Shown one piece after another: positions 1-14,869 of a stretch of 64,000 bases of DNA. The number at the start of each line of letters is the position of its first letter. Positions within the stretch are counted from its first letter, which is position 1. The notes below the pieces were generated by a model, which saw only the letters and a list, made by a program, of their open reading frames with translations, was not told where the DNA came from and searched no databases. The translations under genes were made by a program, and so were the position numbers. Origin of the DNA: Candidatus Cloacimonadota bacterium (lineage in GTDB: Bacteria > Cloacimonadota > Cloacimonadia > JGIOTU-2); contig JBNGBT010000005.1 in assembly GCA_049903315.1 (NCBI GenBank), positions 160,001 to 224,000 of the forward strand, read 5' to 3'.

Positions 1-2
1 CT

Positions 3-1331
3 CACGAAGTTTTGAATGCCAAATATCACGAAAAAGAAGCTGAGATCGTTGCGTATGCCGGTATGCCAGGATCGGTGACTATCGCGACAAATATGGCTGG
101 TAGGGGAACTGATATCAAACTTGGTGAAGAAGTCGTACGGTGTGATACTTGTGTCATAGATTGTGTGGGAGATTGTGAAAATGCTGGCAATAATAAGCCC
201 ACATCCGAACATAACTGCAAGGAAGAAATGCCATGTGGTTTACATATTATTGGAACTGAACGGCATGAAAGCAGGCGAATAGACAGGCAGCTTCGGGGAC
301 GAAGCGGTCGGCAGGGTGATCCGGGTTCGTCAAAATTCTTCCTCTCTCTCGAAGATGACCTGATGAGGATATTCGGATCGGATAAAATTGCTGGTCTCAT
401 GTCTCGAATGGGACTCGAAGAAGGTGATGCGATCAAGCATCCATGGATGACAAGAGCAGTTGAAAATGCGCAGAAAAAAGTGGAGGGTCACAACTTCGAA
501 ATACGTAAGCAGCTCATAAAATATGACGATGTAATGAACCAGCAGAGAGAGGTGATTTACTCATATAGGAGAAAAGTACTGAGAGGATTGGATCTTCGTG
601 ACGAAATTCTGGAAATGCTTGATGATACGATAAATAGCAGAGTTTCCTCATTTATTGGTTCAAGTGAATATGAAGAGAATTGGCCCCTTGAAGACATCAT
701 AAGCTGGTTTGAAAATGAGTTGGGAGTCAAACTTAATATTTCCCTGGAACTCGGCTCGATCAGGAATCAGGAAGACCTTGTGGATATTCTTTATGAACAG
801 CTTATAAAAGCGTATGCTGATAAAGAAAAACATTTTGAAGATGAGCAGAGAAAGCTTGAGCGTTATGCTCTTTTAAAAGTTGTTGATGAGCAGTGGAAAG
901 ATCACTTATACGAGATGGATCGTTTGAAAGAAGGTATCGGATTGCGAGCCTATGGACAAAAGGATCCACTGATAGAATACAAAAAAGAAAGTTATCAACT
1001 CTTTCTTAACTTGATAGATTCAATAAAAGAAAAAGTAATAAAAAATGTTTTCACACTCTATCCCGCATTATATTATCAGGTGCAGGACAGGGTGAAGGAT
1101 ATGCAACTTTCTCATAAAGAGCGAACTGCTTTTGACCACGCTACTTCACGTACCCAAGAGCAGAGAGAACAGATGCAGCACATGCAGCAAGAGCCCAGTC
1201 AAACTCAACGACAGCCTGAGGAGCGAAAGCTTCAACCCATGAGAAGAGATGCAGAAAAAGTGGGAAGAAATGATCCCTGTCCATGCGGAAGTGGTAAAAA
1301 ATATAAGCATTGCTGCGGACAGAAAGGATAG
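3..1331 (+). CDS. secA: Preprotein translocase SecA, C-terminal part (5' end outside window)
   Basis: Motifs [50 protein letters not shown] and C-terminal SEC-C motif [18 protein letters not shown]. The frame is open from the window edge. Confidence 0.98.
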   Translation, partial: HEVLNAKYHEKEAEIVAYAGMPGSVTIATNMAGRGTDIKLGEEVVRCDTCVIDCVGDCENAGNNKPTSEHNCKEEMPCGLHIIGTERHESRRIDRQLRGRSGRQGDPGSSKFFLSLEDDLMRIFGSDKIAGLMSRMGLEEGDAIKHPWMTRAVENAQKKVEGHNFEIRKQLIKYDDVMNQQREVIYSYRRKVLRGLDLRDEILEMLDDTINSRVSSFIGSSEYEENWPLEDIISWFENELGVKLNISLELGSIRNQEDLVDILYEQLIKAYADKEKHFEDEQRKLERYALLKVVDEQWKDHLYEMDRLKEGIGLRAYGQKDPLIEYKKESYQLFLNLIDSIKEKVIKNVFTLYPALYYQVQDRVKDMQLSHKERTAFDHATSRTQEQREQMQHMQQEPSQTQRQPEERKLQPMRRDAEKVGRNDPCPCGSGKKYKHCCGQKG

Positions 1332-1345
1332 ATCGGAAAATAGTT

Positions 1346-3541
1346 ATGGCAAAAAATTTACTCATTGTTGAATCTCCAACGAAATCAAAAACAATAAGCC
1401 AGTACCTTGGAAAAGATTTTCACATTCTTGCCTCAATGGGGCATATTCGCGATCTCCCTCAAAAGGAATTCGGAATTAATCTCAAAGATGATTTCAAACC
1501 GACCTATGTGTTGGATCCGAAAAAATCCAAGATTGTGAATAATATCAAACAAGCTGCAAAAGAGAGCGACAACATCTATCTTGCATCAGATAATGACAGG
1601 GAAGGTGAAGCAATTGCTTGGCATCTCAAAGAGATATTGAAAAATATCATTCCTGAAGAAGATATATATAGGATTGTGTTCAACGAAATTACACGTGATG
1701 CAATTATTGAAGCAATTGAGAAACCAACTCATGTTGATGACAATAAAGTTAATGCGCAGCAGGCACGCCGAATTCTCGATAGGATAGTCGGTTACAAAGT
1801 GAGTCCCATACTGTGGAAGATCATTACGAAAAATCTTTCTGCAGGCAGGGTTCAGACCGTTGCGTTGCGCCTTATATGCGAGCGGGAACATGAGATTAGA
1901 GATTTTGAACCTCAGGAATATTGGTCCATCGAAGCAGATCTGAAAAAGAATATCGAATTCAAAGCTCAACTGAAAAAATACGCAAATAAAGTTATCAAGC
2001 TGAACACAAAAGAAGAAGCTGAAGTAATATTTGAAAAACTCAAAAATGCAGATTTCATAGTTAAGGATGTGAAGAAAGAAGAGAGATCTGTTACTCCTTT
2101 TCCCCCTTTTATCACAAGTACTCTACAGCAGGAAGCATCAAAGTTGCTTGGATTCTCCATCAAAAAAACTATGCAGATCGCGCAGCAGCTTTACGAAGGT
2201 GTGACAGTACATGGACGAAACACCGGACTTATTTCCTATATGAGAACTGACTCTGTTCGTATATCAAATAAAGCGAATTTCCAGGTGAGAAAATATATTA
2301 AAGATTCATTTCCGGAAGAGTATTTGAATTCCTATATTCGTAAATATAAGAATAAAAGTAAAGCACAGGATGCTCATGAAGCGATACGTCCCACAAATTC
2401 ATTCACAACACCGGAATCAATCAAAGAATACCTGTCAAAAGATCAGTACAAGCTCTACAATCTTATCTGGAAACGATTTGTTGCCACGCAGGTTGCTAAT
2501 ACGCGTCTTGAGAATGTCACAGCACAGATCGAAGCGGAAAAAGGACTATTCGAATCACAAGCAGGTATGATACTATTTGATGGATTTTTAAAGGTCTATC
2601 CACATGTACAAATAAAAAATCTCAAAGAAACCTTTCCTGAGCTTGCACAAAATGATATAGTCGAGTTGCTGAAGCTTAATCAAGAGCAGCATTTCACACA
2701 ACCTCCTGCGCGCTACACAGAAGCTTCACTGGTAAGAAAGCTCGAGCAGGAAGGCATTGGACGTCCAAGTACATATGCGCCCATTATTTCCACAATCATA
2801 CAGAGAAAATACGTCACGCTTCAAAAAAAGAAATTTTTTCCGACAGAACTTGGAGAAACAGTAGAAACTTTTCTCATTGATAAATTTGAAGATTTCTTTA
2901 ACGTGAAATTTACTGCTGATATGGAGAATAAGCTCGATAATATCGAAAATGGAGATCTGGATTGGATTGAAATTCTCGCAAAATATTATGAAAAATTTAT
3001 CAGTCATTTGGATAAGATAGATATCTCCAAAGAAAAGAAGAAACACGAACAAAAAACCGATATCGTTTGTGATAAGTGTGGATCTCCGATGGTCATTAAG
3101 TATGGAAAATACGGCAAATTTCTCGCCTGTTCTGCTTTTCCCAAATGTAAAAATGTGAAATCTCTCGATGAGAACGAGAAGCCCGTTGAAGAGGAAACTG
3201 GTGAAAAGTGTCCTAAATGCGGTGGTAGAATACTTTTAAAGAACGGAAAGTTCGGCAAATTTTATGCGTGCGAGAATTATCCAAAATGTAAGTATACCAA
3301 ACCGTTTACAATAGGGATTAAATGCCCTCTCTGTGGCGGAGAGCTTATCGAGAGGAAAGGTAAGCAGAATAAGACATACTATACTTGTTCCAATTATCCT
3401 ACATGTAAATTTATGACAAATAAAAAACCCGTTGTACTCAAATGTCCTGATTGTGAAGCAGAATCCATGTTTGAGAAACCTTCACGAAAGAAAGTTAAAA
3501 CACTTGTCTGTGAAAAGTGCGGGAAAGAAATAGTATCATGA
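1346..3541 (+). CDS. topA: DNA topoisomerase I with C-terminal Zn-ribbon repeats
   Basis: TOPRIM LLIVESPTK, DNDREGEAI, SAGRVQT, catalytic ISYMRTDS, AQDAHEAIRPT and several CxxC ribbons. Start moved to the ATG at 1346. Confidence 0.97.
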   Translation: MAKNLLIVESPTKSKTISQYLGKDFHILASMGHIRDLPQKEFGINLKDDFKPTYVLDPKKSKIVNNIKQAAKESDNIYLASDNDREGEAIAWHLKEILKNIIPEEDIYRIVFNEITRDAIIEAIEKPTHVDDNKVNAQQARRILDRIVGYKVSPILWKIITKNLSAGRVQTVALRLICEREHEIRDFEPQEYWSIEADLKKNIEFKAQLKKYANKVIKLNTKEEAEVIFEKLKNADFIVKDVKKEERSVTPFPPFITSTLQQEASKLLGFSIKKTMQIAQQLYEGVTVHGRNTGLISYMRTDSVRISNKANFQVRKYIKDSFPEEYLNSYIRKYKNKSKAQDAHEAIRPTNSFTTPESIKEYLSKDQYKLYNLIWKRFVATQVANTRLENVTAQIEAEKGLFESQAGMILFDGFLKVYPHVQIKNLKETFPELAQNDIVELLKLNQEQHFTQPPARYTEASLVRKLEQEGIGRPSTYAPIISTIIQRKYVTLQKKKFFPTELGETVETFLIDKFEDFFNVKFTADMENKLDNIENGDLDWIEILAKYYEKFISHLDKIDISKEKKKHEQKTDIVCDKCGSPMVIKYGKYGKFLACSAFPKCKNVKSLDENEKPVEEETGEKCPKCGGRILLKNGKFGKFYACENYPKCKYTKPFTIGIKCPLCGGELIERKGKQNKTYYTCSNYPTCKFMTNKKPVVLKCPDCEAESMFEKPSRKKVKTLVCEKCGKEIVS

Positions 3542-4797
3542 AATATTCCGAAGTTTTTGTTTCGGGTATCAAAAGCATTTTATCGCATAAATTGCGTTCA
3601 TTCCTTACATTGGCAGGCATTATGATCGGCGTGGCTGCAGTTACTACAATGTTTTCCTCAGTCGAGGCAATGAAAAATCTTATCGAAGAGACCATCAGTT
3701 CTCTCGGTTATGATAATGTGATCGTGCTCTATTCAAAATATCCTGATACGAGTAATGATCAGTTAAAAAAATATAATTCTGTAAAACGGTTTCAGCAGAT
3801 CAATTATAGCGATTATGAAGCATTAAAGGAAAATCTTCAAAATATCGAATATATTTATCCTACTATAGATGACCAACGTAACACAATCATAAATGGCAAG
3901 AAAAGCCAGATCCGTTTAAAAGGAATACACAACACTTTTTTTACAGAAAAAAACTATTTTATAGAGGAAGGCAGGGATTTTAATACCATTGAATCACAAA
4001 ATGGTGAAAATGTCTGTGTGCTTGGTAAAACGTTGAGCACTAAGCTTTTCCCCAAAGGAAATGCAATCGGGCAGTTTATTTCGATCGGAGATATTCGGAT
4101 AAAGATCATTGGGATCATTGATTATGAATCCAGCGAGAGTAGCTTTGCACAAGGGAATGAATGGGAGAGGAGAATGGCACTTGAATCGTGCTATGTTCCA
4201 ACTAAATTTGCAGCAAAATATCTTCGACCATCAATGAACATAGATGTTATCTGGATAAAAGCAAAAGATGCTGAGGGCGTAGGTGACGTTTATAATCTAG
4301 CAATTCAGACTTTACGCTCGCGCCATAATATGGCAGATGATGTCGGTATGAGAGATATCAGTAGTACGATGCTTGAAGTCAGGCAGCAGGTGAATGAATT
4401 TTTAAAGAACTGGAATATTATTCTTCTGGCGATTTCCAGCATCTCACTTTTTACAGGGGGAATCGGGCTGTTCAGTATTTTGCTCATATCAATCACAGAA
4501 CGCATGAAAGAGATCGGCATCCGTAAAAGTATCGGTGCTAAGAATAGAGATATTTTTTCCTACTTTCTTTTTGAATCGATCATTCTTGCGCTCTTTGGCG
4601 GCATCGTTGGATCAGGTCTGGCACTTTTGCTCATAGGGGCACTCAGCCGAGCACTGAAGGTTGATGTATCATTTCCAATTATGGGTATTACTGTGGGACT
4701 GTCTTTTGCCATCATTGTGGGTTTGGTTTCAGGATTTTATCCCGCATACAAAGCATCGAAAATAGATCCGATCAAAGCAATTTTTTATACGGAGTAA
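3538..4797 (+). CDS. ABC transporter permease, MacB/FtsX family
   Basis: HKLRSFLTLAGIMIGVAAV, periplasmic domain, GGIG...ITERMKEIGIRKSIGA, SGFYPAYKASKIDPI. ATGA overlap with the topA stop. Confidence 0.9.
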   Translation: MKYSEVFVSGIKSILSHKLRSFLTLAGIMIGVAAVTTMFSSVEAMKNLIEETISSLGYDNVIVLYSKYPDTSNDQLKKYNSVKRFQQINYSDYEALKENLQNIEYIYPTIDDQRNTIINGKKSQIRLKGIHNTFFTEKNYFIEEGRDFNTIESQNGENVCVLGKTLSTKLFPKGNAIGQFISIGDIRIKIIGIIDYESSESSFAQGNEWERRMALESCYVPTKFAAKYLRPSMNIDVIWIKAKDAEGVGDVYNLAIQTLRSRHNMADDVGMRDISSTMLEVRQQVNEFLKNWNIILLAISSISLFTGGIGLFSILLISITERMKEIGIRKSIGAKNRDIFSYFLFESIILALFGGIVGSGLALLLIGALSRALKVDVSFPIMGITVGLSFAIIVGLVSGFYPAYKASKIDPIKAIFYTE

Positions 4798-4806
4798 TAC
4801 ATTATC

Positions 4807-8850
<4,044 letters not shown>

Positions 8851-8851
8851 C

Positions 8852-9301
8852 ATGTCTCGAGATTCGTATTCTTCGGAACATGTAAGCGCTTCTGAGGAGG
8901 AAACTTCCCGGATTGCAAAGGATTTTGCTGATCAGCTGAAGATCGGGGATGTCGTGGCACTCAAAGGCGAACTGGGAAGCGGTAAAACCTTTTTTGTAAA
9001 AAAAATAGCTGAAGAACTAGGTTTTGACGGATATGTTTCAAGCCCGACTTTTACCATTCTGAATATTTATGAAGCTTCTACCTATCTTTATCATTTTGAT
9101 TTCTATCGTCTGAAAAATATCGAAGAAATTGAAAAGATCGGGTTTTCCGACCTGCTCATGGAAGAAGGTATTTTTTTTATTGAATGGCCTGAAAAAGCAG
9201 AAGAATTACTTCCGGATGAATATTTTGAAGTAAGATTTGACATTGTAAATGCAACGCAAAGAAATTTAAGTATTAAGAAGATTGAAAAAAAGAGGACGTA
9301 A
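8852..9301 (+). CDS. tsaE: t6A biosynthesis ATPase TsaE
   Basis: GELGSGKT Walker A, VSSPTFT, YHFDFYRL, IEWPE. Confidence 0.95.
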   Translation: MSRDSYSSEHVSASEEETSRIAKDFADQLKIGDVVALKGELGSGKTFFVKKIAEELGFDGYVSSPTFTILNIYEASTYLYHFDFYRLKNIEEIEKIGFSDLLMEEGIFFIEWPEKAEELLPDEYFEVRFDIVNATQRNLSIKKIEKKRT

Positions 9302-9302
9302 A

Positions 9303-10649
9303 ATGTCACAATTGATGAAAAGCGTTTCAGGGATACGCGGAATTGTCGGAGACTCACTTCATGCCGAGCTTGTGTTATCCTTTGCCAAACGTTTTGGAGT
9401 ATTTTCAGGACGCGGAAAAGTGGTTGTCGGAAGAGATTCTCGTACTACTGGAAAAATGCTCCTCAGCGCTGTTTCAGCAGGTTTGATGTCAGTGGGTGCA
9501 GATGTGATCGATCTGGGGATTTGCCCAACGCCAACAGTACTTCTCGCGGTTGAAAACCTAGAAGCTGACGGAGGTATCGCGATCACTGCAAGCCATAATC
9601 CGCCTGAATGGAATGCCCTGAAACTCATAAACAATACCGGTACTTTTCTCACTCCTGAACAATCAATAAAGTTCTGGGATATTTCCAAAGATGAACTGGT
9701 TGATCTTGATTGGGCTCACACAGGTTCATTCTCTCAATATGCTTTCGCAATTGAAGATCATATCAAAGCAATAATGGAACTCAGTATCATCCCAACAGAA
9801 AAAATAATTGAGAAACACTTCAAAGTAGTGATAGATTCCACAAATGGAGCAGGCGGCTTGATGTCCCCGCAATTTCTCAGAGAACTCGGTTGTGAAGTCA
9901 TAGAGCTGTATTCAGAACCGAATGGTATGTTCTCCCGCATTGCGGAACCTACTGCTCAAAATCTTGGAGTTCTGGAATCAGAAGTCTTGAAACACAATGC
10001 TGATATCGGCTTTGCGACAGATCCCGATGTAGATAGATTATCAATAGTATCTAATAAAGGAATTGCGCTTGGTACAGAGTACACACTCCTGCTGGCAGAA
10101 AAATATGTACTGTCACAAACGAAGGGGAATATCGCAACAAACTTATCTTCATCAATGGCTTCGGATGTAATCGCACAAGAGAATAATGTTAAAATTTTTC
10201 GGTCTCCTGTGGGTGAGATAAACGTAGCAGAAGCAATGAAAGAGCATAATTGCGTGATTGGTGGTGAGGGCAATGGGGGAATTATATTTCCCGGGCTTCA
10301 TTTTACTCGTGATGCTCCTCTTGGTATGGCACTCATCCTTTCATATATGACAACTTCAGGTAAATCAATTTCTGATCTTGCAGCAGAAATTTCGAAATAT
10401 TACATCTACAAAACTAGGCTGGATATCTCAGAAGATACTGATTTTGATGAAGTGAAGAGAAACATCATTCAAGACTATTCTTATAAAAAACTTGATACGC
10501 AGGACGGTATTAAAATTATTGATCCTGAGTTTTGGATTCATATAAGGAAATCCGGAACAGAACCCATCGTGCGAATTATTGCAGAAAGCAGCTCGGAAGA
10601 TGAGTCAAAAAAACTGTGTAAGAAAATTTTTCAAAAATATTTTGGGTAA
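9303..10649 (+). CDS. Phosphoglucosamine mutase / phosphomannomutase family enzyme
   Basis: SVSGIRG, catalytic TASHNP, metal loop DPDVDR, GGEGNGG, RKSGTEP. Confidence 0.9.
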   Translation: MSQLMKSVSGIRGIVGDSLHAELVLSFAKRFGVFSGRGKVVVGRDSRTTGKMLLSAVSAGLMSVGADVIDLGICPTPTVLLAVENLEADGGIAITASHNPPEWNALKLINNTGTFLTPEQSIKFWDISKDELVDLDWAHTGSFSQYAFAIEDHIKAIMELSIIPTEKIIEKHFKVVIDSTNGAGGLMSPQFLRELGCEVIELYSEPNGMFSRIAEPTAQNLGVLESEVLKHNADIGFATDPDVDRLSIVSNKGIALGTEYTLLLAEKYVLSQTKGNIATNLSSSMASDVIAQENNVKIFRSPVGEINVAEAMKEHNCVIGGEGNGGIIFPGLHFTRDAPLGMALILSYMTTSGKSISDLAAEISKYYIYKTRLDISEDTDFDEVKRNIIQDYSYKKLDTQDGIKIIDPEFWIHIRKSGTEPIVRIIAESSSEDESKKLCKKIFQKYFG

Positions 10650-10655
10650 GCTATA

Positions 10656-11612
10656 ATGGAAAAATTTACCGGATGGTTGCATAATCTCACAAATATCGAA
10701 CAGAATATTTTGGGCAAGATCGTTGTTACAATAGCACTACTTGTTGTTCTGAAAATCATTCATCTGATAATACTCAAAGTAATGTTTAAGAACATCGAGG
10801 AGCCAAGGAAACGCTATCGCTGGAAAAAAACGCTTACGTATATTTTTGTTTTTATCGGATTCCTGGTCGTGGGTCGGGTTTGGTTCCAGGCATTTCAGTC
10901 TTTTGCAACTTTTCTCGGCTTGCTCACTGCAGGTCTTGCTATTGCTCTGAAAGATATTATTACGGATATTGCAGGATGGATATTTATTGTGTGGCGCAGA
11001 CCGTTCGAGGTCGGTGACAGAATTCAAGTTGGTCAACATGCTGGAGATGTGATAGACATTAGGCTTTTCCAGTTCAGTTTGCTGGAAATCCGCAACTGGA
11101 TTGATGCAGATCAGAGTACAGGCAGGATCATCAATGTTCCGAATAGTAAAGTGTTGAATGACGTTTTGGCAAATTTCAGTAAAGGATTTCAATATATCTG
11201 GAATGAAATTCCGGTATTGATCACTTTTGAGAGCAACTGGAAAAAAGCAAAGGTGATTTTGCAGGAAATTGGCGACAAACATGCCCAGCATCTCACACCT
11301 CATGCAGAACGCCGGGTCAAGGAAGCATCCCGCAAATTCATGATCTTTTATAATAACCTAAAACCAATTGTGTATACAAGCGTGAAAGAGAGCGGTGTAA
11401 TGCTGACTATCCGTTTTCTCTGTGAACCCAGGCGCAGACGAGCAAGCGAACATGCTATCTGGGAGGATATCCTGACAGTTTTTAATAGTACAGAAGGAAT
11501 TGATTTTGCCTATCCTACGCGAAGATTTTATAATGAGAGTCTCAAAAATTACTCAGCTTTAAATACCGGAAAATTAGAAGAAATCAATGAAAAAACCATT
11601 AAGGGAGATTAG
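10656..11612 (+). CDS. MscS-family mechanosensitive channel
   Basis: Three TM segments, AGLAIALKD, RPFEVGDRIQ, GDVIDI, FAYPT. Confidence 0.9.
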   Translation: MEKFTGWLHNLTNIEQNILGKIVVTIALLVVLKIIHLIILKVMFKNIEEPRKRYRWKKTLTYIFVFIGFLVVGRVWFQAFQSFATFLGLLTAGLAIALKDIITDIAGWIFIVWRRPFEVGDRIQVGQHAGDVIDIRLFQFSLLEIRNWIDADQSTGRIINVPNSKVLNDVLANFSKGFQYIWNEIPVLITFESNWKKAKVILQEIGDKHAQHLTPHAERRVKEASRKFMIFYNNLKPIVYTSVKESGVMLTIRFLCEPRRRRASEHAIWEDILTVFNSTEGIDFAYPTRRFYNESLKNYSALNTGKLEEINEKTIKGD

Positions 11613-11613
11613 A

Positions 11614-11895
11614 ATGACGACGTATGACAAAGATTCAGAGGAGTACAAAACAGCGAAAGTCCGTGTCGAAGAGATACGAGGATTTTGGTCGCATCTGGCT
11701 GTTTTCATCATAGTAAATATTGGATTATTTGTTATTAATATGTTAACCTCACCTCATCAACTATGGTTCTATTGGCCGCTTATTGGATGGGGGATTGGTT
11801 TGTTCGCTCACGGCTTCCATGTATTCGGTGCGCGGGGTATATTTGGCAAGGATTGGGAGGAACGCCAGATCAACAAATATATGGATAAGAAGTAA
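11614..11895 (+). CDS. 2TM domain-containing protein
   Basis: GFWSHLAVFIIVN...WFYWPLIGWGIGLFAH...WEERQI pattern. Confidence 0.85.
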   Translation: MTTYDKDSEEYKTAKVRVEEIRGFWSHLAVFIIVNIGLFVINMLTSPHQLWFYWPLIGWGIGLFAHGFHVFGARGIFGKDWEERQINKYMDKK

Positions 11896-11960
11896 TAAAA
11901 GAGAGTTAACTTAATTTATTTTTATATTGTTAGTTAGAAGCTCGCTTCTTATATTTTAGG

Positions 11961-12686
11961 TTAGATATTTCCGAGTAGTTTTTCTGCTTCAATAAGATCG
12001 TCTTCTGTATCAATTCCAAAGCCCTGATATTTAGTAATAATTACTTTAATTTTTATTCCATTTTCAAGTAAACGAAGCTGCTCCAGCTTCTCTGCTTTTT
12101 CCAAGTTTAATTGCGGGAGTTCTGCAAATTTCATCAAAGCATTTTTTCTGAATGCATACACTCCGATATGTCCCAGATAATTGAAATTTTTATCAGATCT
12201 CAGGTAGGGAATAACTGAGCGGGAAAAATAGAGTGCATTTCCTTGTCTATCACATATAACTTTTACTCGATTTGGATTTGTGATTTCTGCTTCATCGCAT
12301 AAAGGATGAGCCAAAGTCGCAATAGAAGTTGAACTTTCTTGAAAACAATTGAGAAGTTCATAGAGTTCTTCTTTTCCAAGAAAAAGCTCGTCTCCTTGTA
12401 TGTTCACAACAATATCAGCTTCGATAGAGCGAGCTATCTCTGCGACACGATCGGAACCGGACAGATGTGCTTTACTGGAAATCACCACATTTCCACCAAA
12501 AGATTCGACTTCTTTTTTGATCCTCTCGTCATCAGTCGCAACGATGACCTGTGCAAAGAGTTTCATATTTACTACATTCTCATAAATATGCTGTATCAGT
12601 GATTTCCCGGAAATTGATCTTAAGGGTTTGCCCGGAAGCCGTGTTGAAGCAAATCTACAAGGAATGACTGAAATGATTTTTAGCAT
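11961..12686 (-). CDS. kdsB: 3-deoxy-manno-octulosonate cytidylyltransferase
   Basis: IPCRFASTRLPGKPL, VATDD, VNIQGDE, ALYFSRS, HIGVYA, LEQLRLLENG. Confidence 0.95.
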   Translation of the reverse strand: MLKIISVIPCRFASTRLPGKPLRSISGKSLIQHIYENVVNMKLFAQVIVATDDERIKKEVESFGGNVVISSKAHLSGSDRVAEIARSIEADIVVNIQGDELFLGKEELYELLNCFQESSTSIATLAHPLCDEAEITNPNRVKVICDRQGNALYFSRSVIPYLRSDKNFNYLGHIGVYAFRKNALMKFAELPQLNLEKAEKLEQLRLLENGIKIKVIITKYQGFGIDTEDDLIEAEKLLGNI

Positions 12687-13459
12687 AGTTCCTTCAGATA
12701 TTCAGCAAGCTTTTGAGCAACTTCTTCGGGTTCTCCTTCGAGTATCATTGTCTTCTTTTGCATTGTAGGAGTGAACACTTTTTCTACCCATGTAGGCGAA
12801 CCATTCAATCCCACTTTTGCTTCATCAAGATGAAGGTCGTCAAATGTCCAGACAGGGATTTCCGCTTTTTTTGCTTTCATTTTTGTGCGTAATGATGGGA
12901 GTCGCGGTTCATTTATATCTTTTACCACGGTCAATACGATCGGCAGTTGAGATTCAACGACATCAAAACCATCTTCCATCATTCTGTGTGCAACTATTTT
13001 TCCGTTTTCAAGAGAATCGATATTTTTCACAAAAGCGATCTGCGGGATATCAAGATTACGGGCAACTCCTGGTCCAACTTGAGCAGTATCACCGTCTATT
13101 GCTTGCTTGCCAAAGAGAATAATATCGTAATCACCAATTTTTCGAATGGCTGCTGAAAGCGTGTAACTTGTTGCCAGTGTGTCCGATCCGGCAAATTTTC
13201 TGTCAGAAATAAGAATGGCATCATCTGCGCCAATAGCAAGAGCTTCACGAAGTGCTGATTCTACCTGAGGAGGTCCCATACTTATAACTGTGACGGTTCC
13301 ACCATGAGCTTCTTTCAGGCGCAGTGCTTCTTCCAAGGCATACGTGTCAAATGGATTTATGATACTTTCCACACCTTCACGAATGAGTGTATTATGTTCA
13401 GGATTTATTTTGATATCAGTGGTATCAGGAACCTGTTTAATGCATACAATAATATTCAT
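12680..13459 (-). CDS. etfB: Electron transfer flavoprotein beta subunit (EtfB/FixA family)
   Basis: VCIKQVPDT, INPFD, SMGPP, FAGSDTLAT, GKQAIDGDTAQVGP, NEPRLPS. Confidence 0.93.
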   Translation of the reverse strand: MNIIVCIKQVPDTTDIKINPEHNTLIREGVESIINPFDTYALEEALRLKEAHGGTVTVISMGPPQVESALREALAIGADDAILISDRKFAGSDTLATSYTLSAAIRKIGDYDIILFGKQAIDGDTAQVGPGVARNLDIPQIAFVKNIDSLENGKIVAHRMMEDGFDVVESQLPIVLTVVKDINEPRLPSLRTKMKAKKAEIPVWTFDDLHLDEAKVGLNGSPTWVEKVFTPTMQKKTMILEGEPEEVAQKLAEYLKELC

Positions 13460-13471
13460 TTCATCTCCTTA

Positions 13472-14542
13472 CTAAATACCAATAATTTTATCATCAGAGC
13501 CCAGCAGAAGTGTACAGTCACTTTTCAGATCAATAGAGCTTACTTCAATATTTTTTCCAATAATACTATCGGTGATCTTGCCCTTAACATTCCGAATAAT
13601 GGAGTTTTCTAAGATTATCGAATTTTCAATTCTTGCATTTCTTATGATAGAGCCATTACCCAGGCATGTATTAGGAAGAAGTGTTGCATTTTCAATTTCA
13701 CAGTTATCGCCGATGATCACCGGTCCGTTAATCGTGCATTGGCGCATTTTTGAACCTCTTCCAATATACAGTGCTCCATCCAGAATTGATTCTTCATCAA
13801 GATCGCTTTCACCGGCAATATGCCAACCACTCAGTTTGCTGCATAGATACATGTTTGCATCGATAATATCTTTTGGTTTACCTGTATCCAGCCATTTCCC
13901 CTGCAAAATTTCACCTTTGACTATCAATCCTTTATCGATAAGCCCCTGAATTGCGTCAGTGATCTCGTACTCATTTCTCCACGAAGGTTTCAGTGCATCT
14001 ATTGCAGAAAAAACATCTTTATCAAATATATACACTCCTGCAATTGCGAGATTTGATGGGGGATCTTTCGGTTTTTCGATCACATTGATCATCCTATCAC
14101 CATCAAGGACAGCAATACCAAAGCGTTGAGGTTCGTCCACTTCTTTTAAAATAATGATACTCGAGGGCTTTTCTTCATTATATCTTCGTACAAGGTTCGT
14201 GAGATCATCTTCAAAAATATTGTCCCCAAGAAAGACCATAAATGGGTCGTCACCAATAAAATCCTGGCCCATTTTCACTGCATGAGCAAGCCCTTTTGGC
14301 TTATCCTGGACAATATAGGATATTTTAGCACCAAGCTGTGATCCGTCACCAACTGCTGCTCTCACCTGATCCTGCATATAGCCGACAATCAAGCCAATCT
14401 CAGTGATTCCGAGATTTACAAGTTTCTTTATAATGTGGAACACAATCGGTACGTTTGCCAAAGGTAGAATATGTTTTGGCATCGAGTAAGTCAGCGGCTG
14501 CAAGCGAGTTCCTTTTCCTGCACAGAGAACCAATGCTTTCAT
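13472..14542 (-). CDS. Glucose-1-phosphate thymidylyltransferase, long form
   Basis: LCAGKGTRLQPLT, PKGLAHA, FLGDN, IEKP, WLDTGK and a C-terminal left-handed beta-helix. Confidence 0.9.
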   Translation of the reverse strand: MKALVLCAGKGTRLQPLTYSMPKHILPLANVPIVFHIIKKLVNLGITEIGLIVGYMQDQVRAAVGDGSQLGAKISYIVQDKPKGLAHAVKMGQDFIGDDPFMVFLGDNIFEDDLTNLVRRYNEEKPSSIIILKEVDEPQRFGIAVLDGDRMINVIEKPKDPPSNLAIAGVYIFDKDVFSAIDALKPSWRNEYEITDAIQGLIDKGLIVKGEILQGKWLDTGKPKDIIDANMYLCSKLSGWHIAGESDLDEESILDGALYIGRGSKMRQCTINGPVIIGDNCEIENATLLPNTCLGNGSIIRNARIENSIILENSIIRNVKGKITDSIIGKNIEVSSIDLKSDCTLLLGSDDKIIGI

Positions 14543-14671
14543 AGAAAAACCTCCATAAGAACTTTGTTTGAGACATTTGAATTATCGTGATTTTGAGTGT
14601 CAATGATTAAATAGGTTTTGAAGGTTTGAAATTAAGATGTTAATGATTTGGAAAAAGTATTCAATTTTTTT

Positions 14672-14806
14672 TCTGCCGGCTATGATATCAGGCATGCACT
14701 CATAGTACCGGGCGTTGCCGCTTCTCATGGATATGAAAGGACTCATAAAGAGGGTTTGGAGAATACTCTCAAATTGCTGGTTTTGTATTTGAAAAAAGGT
14801 GTGTGA
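14672..14806 (+). pseudogene. C-terminal remnant of an M42-family metallopeptidase
   Basis: Manual translation gives SAGYDIRHALIVPGVAASHGYERTHKEGLENTLKLLVLYLKKGV*, resembling the SHGYERTH C-terminus of YhfE-like M42 peptidases. An in-frame stop lies at 14633 and no N-terminal part is present. Confidence 0.7.
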
Positions 14807-14869
14807 ATACAGAATTCAGAAAATAGAATTCAAGAGTCAGAAGTCATCTCAGCTATTTTTTCGTGAAAG

